NCBI GenBank assembly: GCA_016748015.1
Contig: JAAOMT010000470.1
Coordinates: 175,788-239,787 of the forward strand
DNA from: Geosiphon pyriformis uo1
Taxonomy: Eukaryota > Fungi > Glomeromycota
Length of the DNA stretch: 64,000 bases
Direction of reading: 5' to 3'
The notes under the pieces: model-generated
Told to the model about the DNA's origin: nothing
Seen by the model: only the letters and a program-made list of their open reading frames with translations
The model's database searches: none
Part shown: positions 14,301-27,439 of the stretch, piece by piece
How positions within the stretch are numbered: position 1 is the stretch's first letter
How the letters are laid out: each line of letters opens with the position of its first letter
Position numbers and translations under genes: made by a program

Positions 14301-15169
14301 CTTTGGGTAGTCATAACATTTTTTATGACACAGCTTACAGTAGTAGTGAGTTTTTGTCCAATAGTCTTTATCAGATGTGATCCAAGCTCTCATAGAGAAA
14401 AGTTTCTTTCTATAGTTCTTGCATTTGAGGGGTATATATGGCAGCTCTTTTATTGGTTCTCATGAATACTCTTTTTTCTAGCCACTAGTTATTTCTTTTG
14501 TGGCAGTGGTTTCTTTGGGTGGGTTTTTTTCCTTCTTTTTTTCTTTTTCTTTGTTGGTTTTTTCTCATTCCCAGATTGGCAGTTTGTCTGGGCCATTGTT
14601 AATTTTTCAGATGTGGTCTGCATTCCAGATAAGTTTTTCTCTTTGTTTTCTTTTTCTGTTGTTGTCTCAGGAAAGTATTGGCAGTAGTTTGTTGTGGTTC
14701 TCGTCAGCCCACAACACTTGATAGGCTTTCTAGGTAGGTTTTTTTTTTTCTTTCTCGAAGTCAATGAGTGGTCATGTTATAGTGCTGGGTTTAAAATGGC
14801 CACATATTGTTGGTATTTGTGTGTGTTAGCCATTTTGACTGATTTACAACTTTTGTGTTGTCCAGTCAAGTATTGCATTTGTTTTGGACAGTCAGTTATT
14901 ACCAATAAGGGCTTGGTACTAAGTAGCTTCCATGACTAAGACTTTGGTTGGTACTATAATTCCATTAACTTCAATAGAGAAATCATTTATTTTACCAATA
15001 AGAGTTTAAGTCATTCCATCAGCTGTAATGATTCTGGTGCTAGTAGTGCAGTCAACTCAACAATTTAATTGATTCATGAATTGTTTGGTAATTATGCTGC
15101 CAGCTGATCCACTATCTAGTATCAGTTTGATGGACTGACCATCAACTTTGGCATCAATATACATTATGG
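11312..15169 (-). pseudogene. C pol, 3' part: protease (from the interruption), Cys-rich domain, dUTPase 13140-13536, RT, RNase H
   Basis: LILDSGSAGSII near 15100; TGFNL/SRSSL/KIAQ dUTPase motifs; YLDN RT; EHPIAYTSRSL RNase H. Confidence 0.9.
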
Positions 15170-16148
15170 TGTTACCAACTGAAACTTGAAATATTAATTA
15201 ACATAATATTACCCTTATAATTTTTATTATTAAATTAGCATATATTATCATTCAAATTATCACTTATTATTTAATCAAATTATTGAATATTACCAATTAA
15301 TTAATAATCCAATTTGTACTATAGAAATTAGGATGATCAAATTACACAATACTCCGAACCATTTAATATTCAAGAGTTCACTAAAATTTGTAAAAATTTG
15401 CCTAAATAATTAATAGTTCACCAAAATATTTAATAGTTCGCAGAAATAACTTGTAAATTTGCCGAAAGGTATCTTTAGTTTGTCGAAACCATAGTAAAAA
15501 AAATAGTTCAAATTCATAGACTAGTATTACAACAAGTTGTATAAAAGAAGAGCTTTTTTCTTTGAGAAAATGTATTCTTTACCTTTAGATATCTTACTTG
15601 AGACTTATTAATTAGAATTGTTTTCACAAAAATGAAATAAAAATCAAATAATTCAAAAAGTCAACTTTCTTAATTATTGCACTTAAAAATTCCCAAAACC
15701 CAACTAACGTTTTGAAATTAATTAGCTACCAATTTCAATAAACTGTTAGTGACTCCAGGCCTGGATAGAAAACGTTTCCCTTGACAGAATTCTATTTCTT
15801 TTACATTTCTTTTATTTTTCTTTTATTTTTTTATTAAATTCATTTGGGTAGCCTACAGACAAGATTCCTGTAGAAGAGTTGACTTTCACAGCAAAGTAAC
15901 TACACATTTTTAGTAAGCTTTCAGATGAGCAATTCCTGGGAAAGAGTTGACATTTACTACAATGTAACTACACAAGTAACTGGTATAGAATTGGCCATTC
16001 CACTCATAAGTCCAGCAGTTCAAATTATAGGAGATAATTTGAAAATAAATTCAGTTATTGGAGGTTCAACCACATCCAGAAAACGTGAATTTACAGCAAA
16101 CAGGCATCAACAACCATTAAGAAAAGAGACCAAAAACCTCTGGTAACA
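15170..16148 (+). repeat. 5' LTR of F
   Basis: TGTTAC...GTAACA; about 20-bp TTCGCCGAA-like array 15375-15488; TATAAAA near 15540. Confidence 0.95.
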
Positions 16149-16194
16149 TTTGGTGCTCTCTCACGAAAATAACACAGTAACAACAACTTCAAAA

Positions 16195-19100
16195 GTGGTG
16201 ACTTAAACAGATTCAAGAACTCTAGAGTATTATCAGTCAATCTACACCCACTGCAAGCAGAGATTTAACATTCCAGACGGAATTGAAACATTCAAGAAAA
16301 CACTTTACCAGTACATTGAAAATTGCATCAACAATTATCTTCTTGAAAACTACAATATTTCAGAAGTTAGACACAACTTATATGAAAGCTTAATACATTA
16401 CTCTCGTCTAAACACTTAGGATTTTAACAGTCAAATACTTGAAACATACTTCCAAGAACTCAACTTCAATATCATTCAGTATTGTGAAAAAAATTACCCA
16501 GTAAAACAGAAATTTTCTCTTAGTTTTGAATCGGAAACAGAAGAAGGAAAAAAAAAAGGAAACAAAAACTCAGAACTACTCCCAATACACCTAAAACCAC
16601 TGCCAAATATTTACAAACTCCAGAACAAGAAACCAGCTTTAAATTACCACTCTTAATTACACCATTTCCAGCTTTACTTGCTTAGCCGCAAACACCAAGT
16701 TTACCACTTATTTGGTTTTCAAGAATAGAAGATTTTCAGTCACCCAAAAGCCCTATTCAACAACAGGAACCAATATTAACCAGCACAAACCTTATTGACT
16801 ACTTAGCAAAAAATCAAAGTGAAGAGACCAAATCAGAACAAAAAACAGAAGACTCAAAAAATGAAAAAAAAATGGCCTCCACATATATCACAAAAATCCC
16901 TGAGTTCACAGGAGAAGACAATGAAACCAGTTCTCAAGAATGGCTTGACAAAGTCTCAAAAGCAGAAGATGCAAATGGTTGGAATGCTGCCAGAATGTTA
17001 AAAACAATTCCATACTTCTTACAAGGAACAGCTGGTAAATGGTTTGAAAACTTGGAAGCCCTGCCAGAAAACTGGAAAGCATTCAAAACTGCTTTTCTAG
17101 AACAGTTCACTGACAATAACACTTTCATTACTCTTTCAAAATCGGTTTTGAAATATCAAGCAAGAACCAAGTGAATCAATTATGACCTATCTTGGGAAAT
17201 TCAACAAACTGCTTAGAAGAATTTGCCAATTGGAAACCAATGAATACTACTCTAATGCACAAATCTTGGATCAATTCATTGCTGGACTAAAAGACAAACT
17301 TATCAAAAAAGTTTGCCCACATGCACCAGAAGATTTAGCCACTGCTATTCAACAGGCAAAAAACTATGAAATGGCCATGGAAAAAGCCAACTGTACCAAA
17401 CTTGTTAATCTGGCTATTGGAGAAACCAGTTCAGCAGCTGAAGAAAAAATTGACCAATTAACCAAGAAAGTTGAAAACTACTTCACCAACCAACAGCAAC
17501 AACAGCAGCCATAGCAATTACAACAACCACAAAGATACCAACCCCCACAACAACACAATCAAAACAAATTCGGACCACTATCCAACAACCAAATCCAAAA
17601 TTGTCACTATTGTGGAATTTTAGAACACTGGAAACATGATTGTAGAAAATTGCAACAAGACCAACAACAGAGGAACAATCAATGTTATTCCCAACCACAA
17701 CAATCATATTATCCACCACCACCAGCTCAATATTTACCAAGGCCACAATATCCAAACCACTATTATCAACCTGCTCTACAACCAATCCAACAACAGTATC
17801 AACAACCATCCACACCACAATATCAAGTGCTAGCCAGAAAATTGATTCAATATAATCAATTTACATCACAAAACCGTTTTTCAACAAACAACAACAGATT
17901 TAATTTCAACAACTAATTAACCACTTAAAATTCGAATCAACATAGGTCCACACATTATCACACTCAACCCAGTTATCTTACAATACCAGAGGAATCAAAT
18001 TTTCAGCAAACTGCACTTTTTGAAGGTGAAGCTGCAGCACCAAGACAAAACCCTTCCAACAATATTATCTCACCAGCCAGAATTGCCCGAAATGCCAATC
18101 TTTCAGACATCTTTCCATTCGAATTTGAAGCCAATGAATTACCATCTCTACTCAGCAATGTAGCAGTTAACAAACAAAAAGCTATTACAGCAATGTATAC
18201 TGAAGCTGAAGTAGAAGGAAAACCAATTCGCTTAATATTAGACAGTAGATCTGCTGGAAGTATTATCACCTACCAATTAATACAACAGCTTCAACAAACT
18301 GTTGACAAACCAGCTCAAACTGTTATCATTACAGCAAATGATATAAAGAAGACACCAGTAGGAGAAATTGATAATTTTCTATTCACCATTGATGGAATCA
18401 CTATTCCAGTTAAAGTCCTAGTCATGGATGCACCCCAATATCAAGCTTTTGTTGGAAATGATTGGCTTCTCAAGACCAATGCAAATTTAGATTGGGAAAC
18501 TCAGGAATTAAAAATCTTATATCAAGGACAACACACCATAATATCTGTTATGTGTGGAACTTTCAATAAACAATCAAAAAAAGCCCTAGTACTTGAATTT
18601 GAAGAAGAAAAAAAAATGCCACTCACTGAAACCTACATGGCTCTTGAATTAACATCCAATTGGGCTGAGGAAACAAAACAAGAAATCTTTGAAGAATTAA
18701 GAAGATGGAAAAAAGTTAGATATTCTACACCAGAACCATGAAAACAATCACCCTACATTCCACTTAAATACAGAAATTGTAACAAAAAACTTTTATCAAT
18801 GGAAGCCTGCATTTTGCCTAAAGAAAAATATGAAAATCATACTTGTTATTACTGCAAGACTTGCCACAGAGAACGATAGGGCCATCTAATAAAAAGAAGT
18901 GAAAAATGGGACAACACCCCTTGTTTGACTTGTGGAGATATGCTACCAGAAGAATGCAATTGGATTGATGTAGCAATGAAAGGAGAAGTCTGCAATCAAA
19001 TTTGCCAATATGCTTTATCAATTTCAGAAAAAGTTAAAAGAGGAACACTCTTTAATGCAGCATACAACAGTGCTTTTAACAAACTTTATCACTACTCCCA

Positions 19101-21751
19101 TAATGCTGAGATGATTTTTGACCTAGCAATGACATTAGTTAATAAAGCTACCAAAGAAAATGTCTGTCAAATAAAAGAAGCAGAATACATTGAATACACC
19201 ATGGAATTAGCTGAATTCGATTACGAAGATAAAGTAGAAGTCTACTACCAAATTGCAAGTTACACCTACCCAACCCAAGAAGCTCAAATTCAATAATTAG
19301 AGCAAATAAACATTAGGCTATGTGAAGAATGCATTATGCCTTGTAATGAACAGTGGTGTCCTGAATGCTATACTCTTAGCATTCCACTACCAATTAAAGA
19401 TAACCAGTATGAAATCGAATTTGGAATACAGAATGAAGAAGTCCCAGTAACTTTTATTTATCTCACCGAAAACCAACTGGCTATAACACTCAAATACTTC
19501 AACAATAAAGGACAAGGAATCAAGCCTGAAAAAGCCCACAAAATTGACGCTGAATATGATTTAAGATATCCAGAAAGAAATACCCTCATTCTTCAACCAA
19601 AATCTTTTACAAGAATTAATCTAAAAATTGCCTTTGAAATCTCACCAGGAATCATGATGCAAATTGTCTCCTGATTCTTCCTAGCAAGCAAAGAAATCAA
19701 TATAAAAGAAGGAATTATTGATGCTGGATACACTGGAGATATTACAGTAATGCTTCAAAATGAAACTAACAAACCATTCAAGATTGAACATGCTGAAAAG
19801 ATTGCCCAAGCTATTTATTTACCCTTAATCAACATTTCGGGTTTGCAATTAGTCAATCAAAGAGAACAATTAAGGAAAAGCGAGAGAGGAACCCAAGATT
19901 TTGGTTCAACTGGACGATTCATGATTCCAGTTAATATAGCCCTCAATACACAGAATGAATCTCACCAGATTCTCAGACTTCCACAACCAATAACCATTTC
20001 ACCCTTTGGAGAATATCACGAAATTTATACCTGTAGAAAACCCACCACTACTCAACAAATTTTCGAAGCCAATGAACAAATTTGCATGAAACATGGCATC
20101 TCAATCCCAAATATTTATATTCCAAAAGGAATGAAGAAAGTTCGAATTACTTTTTACAACCTCAATCATCACCCCATCATTTTACTAAATAATTTGGAAA
20201 TCAGAATTATTCATAGCAAAATCTTTCAACAAGAATTACCTCAAACAGTTTTAAATTTTTCAGAAATTATTGGACATTCTCTCCCAAAATTCAATCTAAA
20301 ACCCAGTGCTGAAAACTACCACATTGTTATTGGAAAGTTATTCTGAATTAACATAGGACAACTAGAGCCCCAACAACAGAATCAAGCAGTTAATTGCAGA
20401 ACATACAGACATATTTGCTAAAAACAACAATAATTTAGGAAGAACTGATTTGGTTCAACATCAAATCTATACAGAAGATGTCAAATCTAGACGACAACAA
20501 GCATACCAAGTTGCTCTAGAAAGCCATCAATTTATCCGAGAAGAAATTCAAAGGATGCTCAACAATAGGCTCATCCAACCGTCAATGAGCTCATGAGCTT
20601 CACCAGTAGTACTTGTTAAAAAGAAAAATAGAAAAATTTGATTTTGCATTGACTATAAACAATTAAACAATATCACTATTGGAGATGTCTACCTCTTTTC
20701 TCGAATTGATAATATGTTAGATGCTCTTGGAAAATCCAAATACTTTTCAATACTGGATTTAGAAAGCAGATACTGGCAAGTTGCCATGGACCCCAAAGAC
20801 CATACCAAAACAGCATTTACCACACAAGAAGGGAACTACAAATTCAATGTAATGCCCTTTGGATTGTGTAATGCCCCAGCAATATTCCAGAGACTCATGG
20901 ATGTTGTATATACTGGATTTTTTTGGAAATCAGTAGTTGTCTACCTTGATAACACTGATGTTTATTCACCATCTTTTGAACTCCATCTAATTCACCTGCG
21001 AGAAGTTTTTCAACAATTACATAAAGCAGAACTAAAATTAAACATTGAGAAATGCCATTTTGGAAAAACAAGTTTGGCTTTTCTTGATCACATTGTTAAT
21101 AGAGAAGGAGTTAAACCAGATTCAGGAAAAATCAGTGCTGTTAAAAATTTCAAAGTTCCATGGAATACTACAGAATTAAGAGGATTTGTTGGATTAGCTT
21201 CCTATTATTGAAAATTCATTAAAGGATTCTCAGAGATCACAAAACCTCTTAACCAACTCAATACCAAAAATGCAGAATACAAATGAACAGAAGAACACCA
21301 AAATGCATTCAAAAAACTCAAAGAAAAGCTCATTACAGCTCCAATTCTTGCCTACTCAGACTTCAATAACTGATTCCAATTAGCCACAGATGCCTCATAT
21401 ACTGCTTTTGGTGCTATCTTATCACAATTAGATGACAGCAGCAATGAATGAGTAATTGCTTACGCCAGTAGAACACTAAAACCAGCCGAGAAAAACTATC
21501 CAGCAACAGAATTAGAAACTGCAGCAGTAATATGAGCCTTATACCACTTTGACCTTTATTTCAAACCTAAGGAATTTGATATTATTACTGATAATATTGG
21601 ACTCAAATGGTTACAAAACAAAAACATGAAGTTGAATGCAAAACAAACCAAATAGACAGAATTTTTGGCAAACTACCAATATATAGTACATCACAAACCA
21701 GAAAAACTCCACACCAATGTTGACTGTCTTTCCAGAATAAGACAAGATTAG
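16195..21751 (+). pseudogene. F gag-pol (Gag, CCHC, protease, Cys-rich domain, dUTPase, RT, RNase H)
   Basis: MASTYITKIPEF capsid start at 16872; LILDSRSAGS; dUTPase 19520-19918 (RGTQDFGSTG); YLDNTD; ends CLSRIRQD*. Confidence 0.92.
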
Positions 21752-21799
21752 AAAACACAAATCAACACTCAACATAACCAACCTAACAACCAACAAACA

Positions 21800-23185
21800 A
21801 TGAATTCAAAAGACTACAACAATCTCAAACAATATTTGAAGACATTAACAATCCCAACAGATTGGTCTTCAGATGAAAACCATCAATTACAACAACAAAC
21901 CAAACAATATTTCCTACACAACAACATTATTTATCATTAAAATTTCAAAAACCCAGACAAACCACTCAGATTAATACAAGAACATGAAAAAGAGACTATA
22001 TTATACAACATGCACTCAGATCTTTCATCAGTACACTTTGGAAAAGACAGCACTATTCAAAGAACACTAGAATACTATTTTTGACCCTAAATAAGAAAAA
22101 ACATACATTAATATGTTAAATGTTGTGATAGTTATCAAAGAAAAGAAGGAATACGTCCTACTGAACCTTTAAATCCAATCAAAGTTGGACAATCTTTTGA
22201 CCGAGTTGGTATCGATTTAGTCAGACCACTACTTATTATTACGCAAGGAAACCGATACATAACAGTAGCAATAGATTATCTTACCAAATGGCTTGAAGCC
22301 AGAGCTATTCAATGAGCAGATGCAAAATCAGTAGCAAATTTTATTTACAAAGACATTATTTGTAAACATAGATGCCCAATTGAACTTTTATCCGATCAGG
22401 GGACACATTTTGTGAACAACCTAATACAAGAAATTTGTAAATGATTTAATGTCAAAAGACTTTTATCTTCGCCCTATCATTCACAGACAAATGAATTAGT
22501 AGAATGTTTTAACAGAACATTGTGTGAATCACTAGCCAAAGTTTCAACAGATTTTGAGCAGGAATGAGATATCTTTATTCCATCAGTGTTACTAGTATAT
22601 AGAACACTAAAACAAGATACAACAAAACACATACCATTTGACCTTACTTATGAAAGAACAGCAAAACTACCAATTGAATTCATAGTAAAAACATACCCAG
22701 TACAACCAATTACAGAAGAAAACTTACAAGAAACACTTCAGCGAAGAGCTTATACTCTTCTCAGTACTTTAGAAGGAAAAAGACAAATAGCAGCCACTTA
22801 CATTGAAAATTCACAAACCCAACAAAAAAAAAGACATGACAACAAACTGCCATCAGTTACAAACGAATTTAAAGTTAGAAATAAAGTTTTTTTACACTGA
22901 ACTAAGGCTGAAAAACAATGGAATAGAAAATTTGAACATAAATAGGATGGACCATTCTTTGTTTATGAAATCTTAGAAAATGGATCATACAAGTTAAGAC
23001 TTGATGGGAAAATACTAGCAAAAGTTGCACATGGAGATCGATTGAAACATTATCACTCCAGAACACATCCTAAACCATTAATTCCACAAATTGGTACACA
23101 TTCTCCTTTAATTAACCCCAAAGATATTCCCCAAAATTTGGAACCAATAGTTGTTATTGAACAACATCCCAACTTGAACACTTAA
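21800..23185 (+). pseudogene. F integrase, separate 462-codon frame
   Basis: ATG at 21800 after a 48-nt A/C spacer; MHSD..HF, VGIDLV, LLSDQGTHF, GPF module; TAA at 23183-23185 in the same frame. Confidence 0.9.
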
Positions 23186-23302
23186 TTACTATAGAGTCTC
23201 CTATAAAAATTCAAAAACAATCCTACAAAAATAACATAAAAATTTACATATCCAAAAATAATTTTATTTAGGAAAATTTTTAGCTTTGTAAAAATTATTA
23301 TA

Positions 23303-24009
23303 ATGACTATTTCACAAAACATTTAACAATTATTTCAAAAACTAATGTTAGCTTTAAAAACAATACCTGAATTATCTATTACTATTACAGGAAAACATAT
23401 TAATTATACTCAAACAGAAACAGCCACAATCTTATCCCCAAAATCACAAAATTATCACCCTTATAAAAAAACATTAGAAGTTATTCTGGAATTCACCTAC
23501 CAGAACTTTTGAAGCTTGTTTTAAAAGAAAATTTGTCATTCCCACCTATTGACATTCCACCAAATGCCACAATTCAACAAAAACTTCAACAGTGTTTTAA
23601 TGAAGAAAACAGTAAATACTCTCCAATTTATAGATATTTTCACATTGGAAAAACACTGCATGAACAAAAACTGGAACTTACAACAGCCAATCTTACAAAA
23701 GAAGCCATTTAGAAACAACTCTACAATGAATTTAAGACTATGACTGGACCAACAAACAGTTGCTACAAACTTAGAGCAGCTCTTAAATTTTATGACCTAT
23801 TTCACACCTGTGAAAATGTCCTACAAAACCCAATTTTACAACCACTGAAGATCCAATACATTGGAAAACTCACAAAACTGAAATTTCAACAATTTTCAGA
23901 CCAAATTTTTTCAGTAATTTTGGATTATTATCTGGAATGTACAGACAGTACTTGGACTTCGACAGAGCTCAGTCTTGAGGAGAAGATTATGTTACCAACC
24001 AAAACTTGA
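23303..24009 (+). pseudogene. F ORF3 (unknown accessory protein, runs into the 3' LTR)
   Basis: MTISQNI.QLFQKL...ITITGKHINY...YRYFHIGKTL...AALKFYDLF...YIGKLTKLKFQQFSDQI, with one frameshift near 23509. Confidence 0.72.
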
Positions 24010-24955
24010 GATATTAATTAACATAATATTACTCTTATAATTTCTACTATTAAATTAGCATATATTATTGTTCAAATTATCACTTATTATTTAATCAAAT
24101 TATCGAATATTACCAATCAATTAATAACCTGATTTGTATTATAGAAATTAGGATGATCAAATTACACAATACTTCGAACCATTTAATATTCAAGAGTTTG
24201 CTGAAATTTGTAGAAATTCGCTAAAATAATTAATAGTTTACCAAAATATTTAATAGTTTGCAGAAATAACTTGTAAATTTGCCGAAAGGTATCTTTAGTT
24301 CATCAAAACCATAGTAAAGAAAATAGTTCAAGTTTATAGACTAGTACTACAACAAGTTGTATAAAAGAAGAGCTTCTCTCTTTGAGAAAATGTATCTCTT
24401 ATTTTTAGATATCTTACTTGAGACTTATTAATTAGAATTGTTTTCACAAAAATGAAATAAAAATCAAATAATTTAAAAAGTCAACTTCCTTGAAAATTCC
24501 CAAAACCCAACTAATATTTTGAAATTGATTAGCTACCAATTTCAATAAATTGTTAGTGACTCCAGGCCTGGATAGAAAATGTTTCCCTTGACAGAATTCT
24601 ATTTTTTTTACATTTCTTTTATTTTTCTTTTATTTTCTTATTATAATCATTTGGATAGCCTACAGACAAAATTCCTGTAGAAGAGTTAACTTTCACAGCA
24701 AAGTAACTACACATCTTTAGTGAGCTTCCAGATGAGCAATTTCTGAAAAAGAGTTGACATTTACTACAACATAACTACACAAGTAACTGGCACAGAATTG
24801 GCTATTCCACTTATAAGCCCAGCAGTTCAAATTATAGGAGATAATTTGAAGATAAATTCAGTTATTGGAGGTTCAACCACATCCAGAAAACGTGAATTTA
24901 CAGCAAACAGGCATTAACAACCATTAAAAAAAGAGACCAAAAACCTCCAGTAACA
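23990..24955 (+). repeat. 3' LTR of F
   Basis: Direct repeat of 15170-16148. Confidence 0.95.
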
Positions 24956-24959
24956 ATGG

Positions 24960-27380
24960 TTATGAGTTTCTCTTTGAGGGTAGCTCCATTGAACAATAGG
25001 ACTTCTGAGAGTTCATTAATTTCAAAGAGAAATATAGTAACAAGTGACTCATCTTTCATAATGGTTACTGGTAAGATGTTGTTAGTAAGTATGGATTGTT
25101 GATTGGACTCTGGGTTGTGGGATTGGGTGTTTTCTAAGGTAACCAGAAAACTTAAATAGTGTTGGGAATTCGAATTTTGGGTGGGCCCAATTCTCAAATT
25201 TTGTGACCGTAATCCTGTTAAATAGTGTGAAAAGCTAGGGATCAGTTAGTGAACAACCATTGCTGATCTTTAGTTTTAAGCAATTCTGGATCTCGGATTG
25301 CCTGATGTCATTTGAGCTGGGTTTTGGAGTAGTGTCTAAATTGGCTGTGGTTGATAAATTACTGGTGACTGCAGTTGATAGATTGTTTGGTGCTGTGGTT
25401 AATAAATTGCTGGTGTCTGTGGTTGATAAATTGAAGGTACATATACTGGTGGTTAATAGATTGGCTGCTGTGTCATTGGCTGGTAAGTGGGTTGATATTG
25501 ATCTTGATTTGGGTAATGGTTCAGGAGGTTTGAAATTGGTGATCAGAGTTTCTGTATTGATTTTCTGATTGTGAGTTACTATACAAATGGCAATTGACTC
25601 AGATATGGTCTTGTTTACTACAGTTGTAGCAGACATGCATCTTAGGCTGCCATGGCTGATTGGATGATAATGATGATCATAACTGATTTTGAAAATGATT
25701 TGTGTTTCCTGAATTATTGTGTTATTGTGGTGGTTGATAAATTGCCCAATTGTCAGCTAAGTATCTCTTTAATTTCTGATTGATTGAATTACTAAATTGT
25801 TTTAATTTGGAATCCAATTCAGATGATCTATTTATTACTAAATTAATGGCTTGGGTATGGTTGGCTTCTAATTTTGCTGTTTCAAAATCTCTGATGTTGA
25901 TAACTACAGCTTAAAGATCTGCTGAGTGTAATAGACATATGTATTGGAGAATGCTACTGCACAATCCTCTAATAAATTGATTAAGAATTTGTGGTGCTGT
26001 AAAATAGTCAGCTTGAATTGCCTGAATTTGGTGTAGGTTTCTATGGAAGCATCTTATATATGTAGTGACTGCTTCAGTTTCCCTTTGTTTCATGGTGGTG
26101 AAAGTGTTGACCAGGTAATTGATACTATTATTGTTACTAAAGTATCTCAAAAACTCTGTTTTGAATGTGTTAAAGGTGACCAGTTTGTTGATCAAGCTTT
26201 AATACCAGGAATTGGCAGTGTCTTGTAAGAAGTATGGAATTGCTTGAAGTGCTCTGGCATTGTCTCAATTATTAGCAGTAATGACTTTTGTGACATCATT
26301 AATTTATGCTTGGGCATCATCTTTTTTGCTGGTGAATTTTTTGAGTTTGGTGATTGAAGCATAGGCCATTAGATTCAAGTTTAATGGTTGTTGTGGTAAC
26401 AGTTGAGATTGTTGCAGCTGTTAAAGTGGCTGTTGAGATTGTTAAAATGGTACTGGCAGTGGTTGGATTTACTGATCCAGTTGCTGTAATGGCTAACCAA
26501 TTGGTTCAACTGGTTAATTAATTATGATTTCTGGAGGTACATGTTGTTGATTAATTAAATCAGAGTTTCAATTATTCTGATTTGGCGGTGTTTGAATATT
26601 TGGAGCTTTGATTTCTGGATTTTCTAAATTTGAATTTTGTGGAGTTTGACTGTTTGGAGTTTCAACTTCTGGGTTTTCTGGGATCAGGTTTTGGTAAGTA
26701 AATTCCTGATCTTCTTCTTCTTTTTCTGATTTTGTTACTTCTCATGGGTCAAAAATTCCAAAATTGGATTGAGATGGCAGTGATTGATATCCTGATGATG
26801 TTGGTAATTGTGATTTAAATTCTTCAAAATATTCACTATATATTCCTAATAGATCTGTTTTCCTTTGTTTACTTTAAAATAGAAGTTGGCCAAACATTGA
26901 TGTCATATTTGATGTGAATGCATCTACTGACATTATGTTGATGGCACTTCCAGATGTATAGTGATAGGATGAGTTGTTTGGTGATTCAACTCTGGTTTTC
27001 TTTCAAATAGGTGGTTGTATTTATTTTGGTGTTACAGCTGGTGTTTGTAATCTTCCTTTGTCTTTGTTTATGTAAGTGATGAGGAATTGTTGTTGGGTGT
27101 ACCTTTTAATGGTTTGGTTTATTTTTCTGATGATTGGTGTGAAACTGTAATTTCTTGGTAAGCTGATATGTTGAAACAATTCTGTATAGAAATTTTCTCT
27201 TGTGGATTCGATGTTAACTGTTTCTCCTAAGCAATCTGTGCTTTTGTCATTAATGTAGAAGTTAAAGGCTGATTCTGCTGAGAAATGGTTATTGTTTAAT
27301 CCTAATTGTTGGCTGTACTATTGAAACAAAGATTTGGTGAATCCTAAATAGTTGGTTCTTATAATTTCTAATTCTGCTAC
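24960..27380 (-). pseudogene. C gag (5' part of gag-pol)
   Basis: Retrotransposon gag core (FLRYFSNNNSIN...QILNQFIRGL), knuckle near 25600, Q/P/Y-rich linker. Confidence 0.88.
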
Positions 27381-27439
27381 TTTTGGAATAATTGTTGGTA
27401 CTGTTCTCTATAGGATTATATCTTACAAGAAGCACCAAA

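Larger units (their letters stand above)
15170..24955 (+). mobile_element. Element F: structurally complete family-2 Gypsy element inserted just before the C protease active site
   Basis: LTRs 15170-16148 and 23990-24955; perfect TSD ATGG at 15166-15169 and 24956-24959; PBS TGGTGCTCTCTCACG at 16151; PPT GAGGAGAAGA at about 23977. Confidence 0.95.

Noticed and set aside
17483-17818. Hydrophobic Val-rich antisense ORFs (also 47620-47940, 29689-29970, 61408-61596)
   Set aside because: They are reverse-strand shadows of CAA-rich retroelement coding sequence.
21749-21802. Stop-codon readthrough fusing RNase H to integrase (the F spacer is 48 nt and open)
   Set aside because: Spacers in other copies are 49, 29, 64 and 29 nt, or 30 nt with an in-frame TAA, so frame is not conserved.
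22860-23185. Chromodomain at the integrase C-terminus
   Set aside because: Only a GPF/SH3-like module and a short P/I-rich tail are visible, with no chromodomain aromatic-cage pattern.
23303-24009. ORF3 as an env gene
   Set aside because: It is too short and shows no signal peptide, furin site or transmembrane helix.
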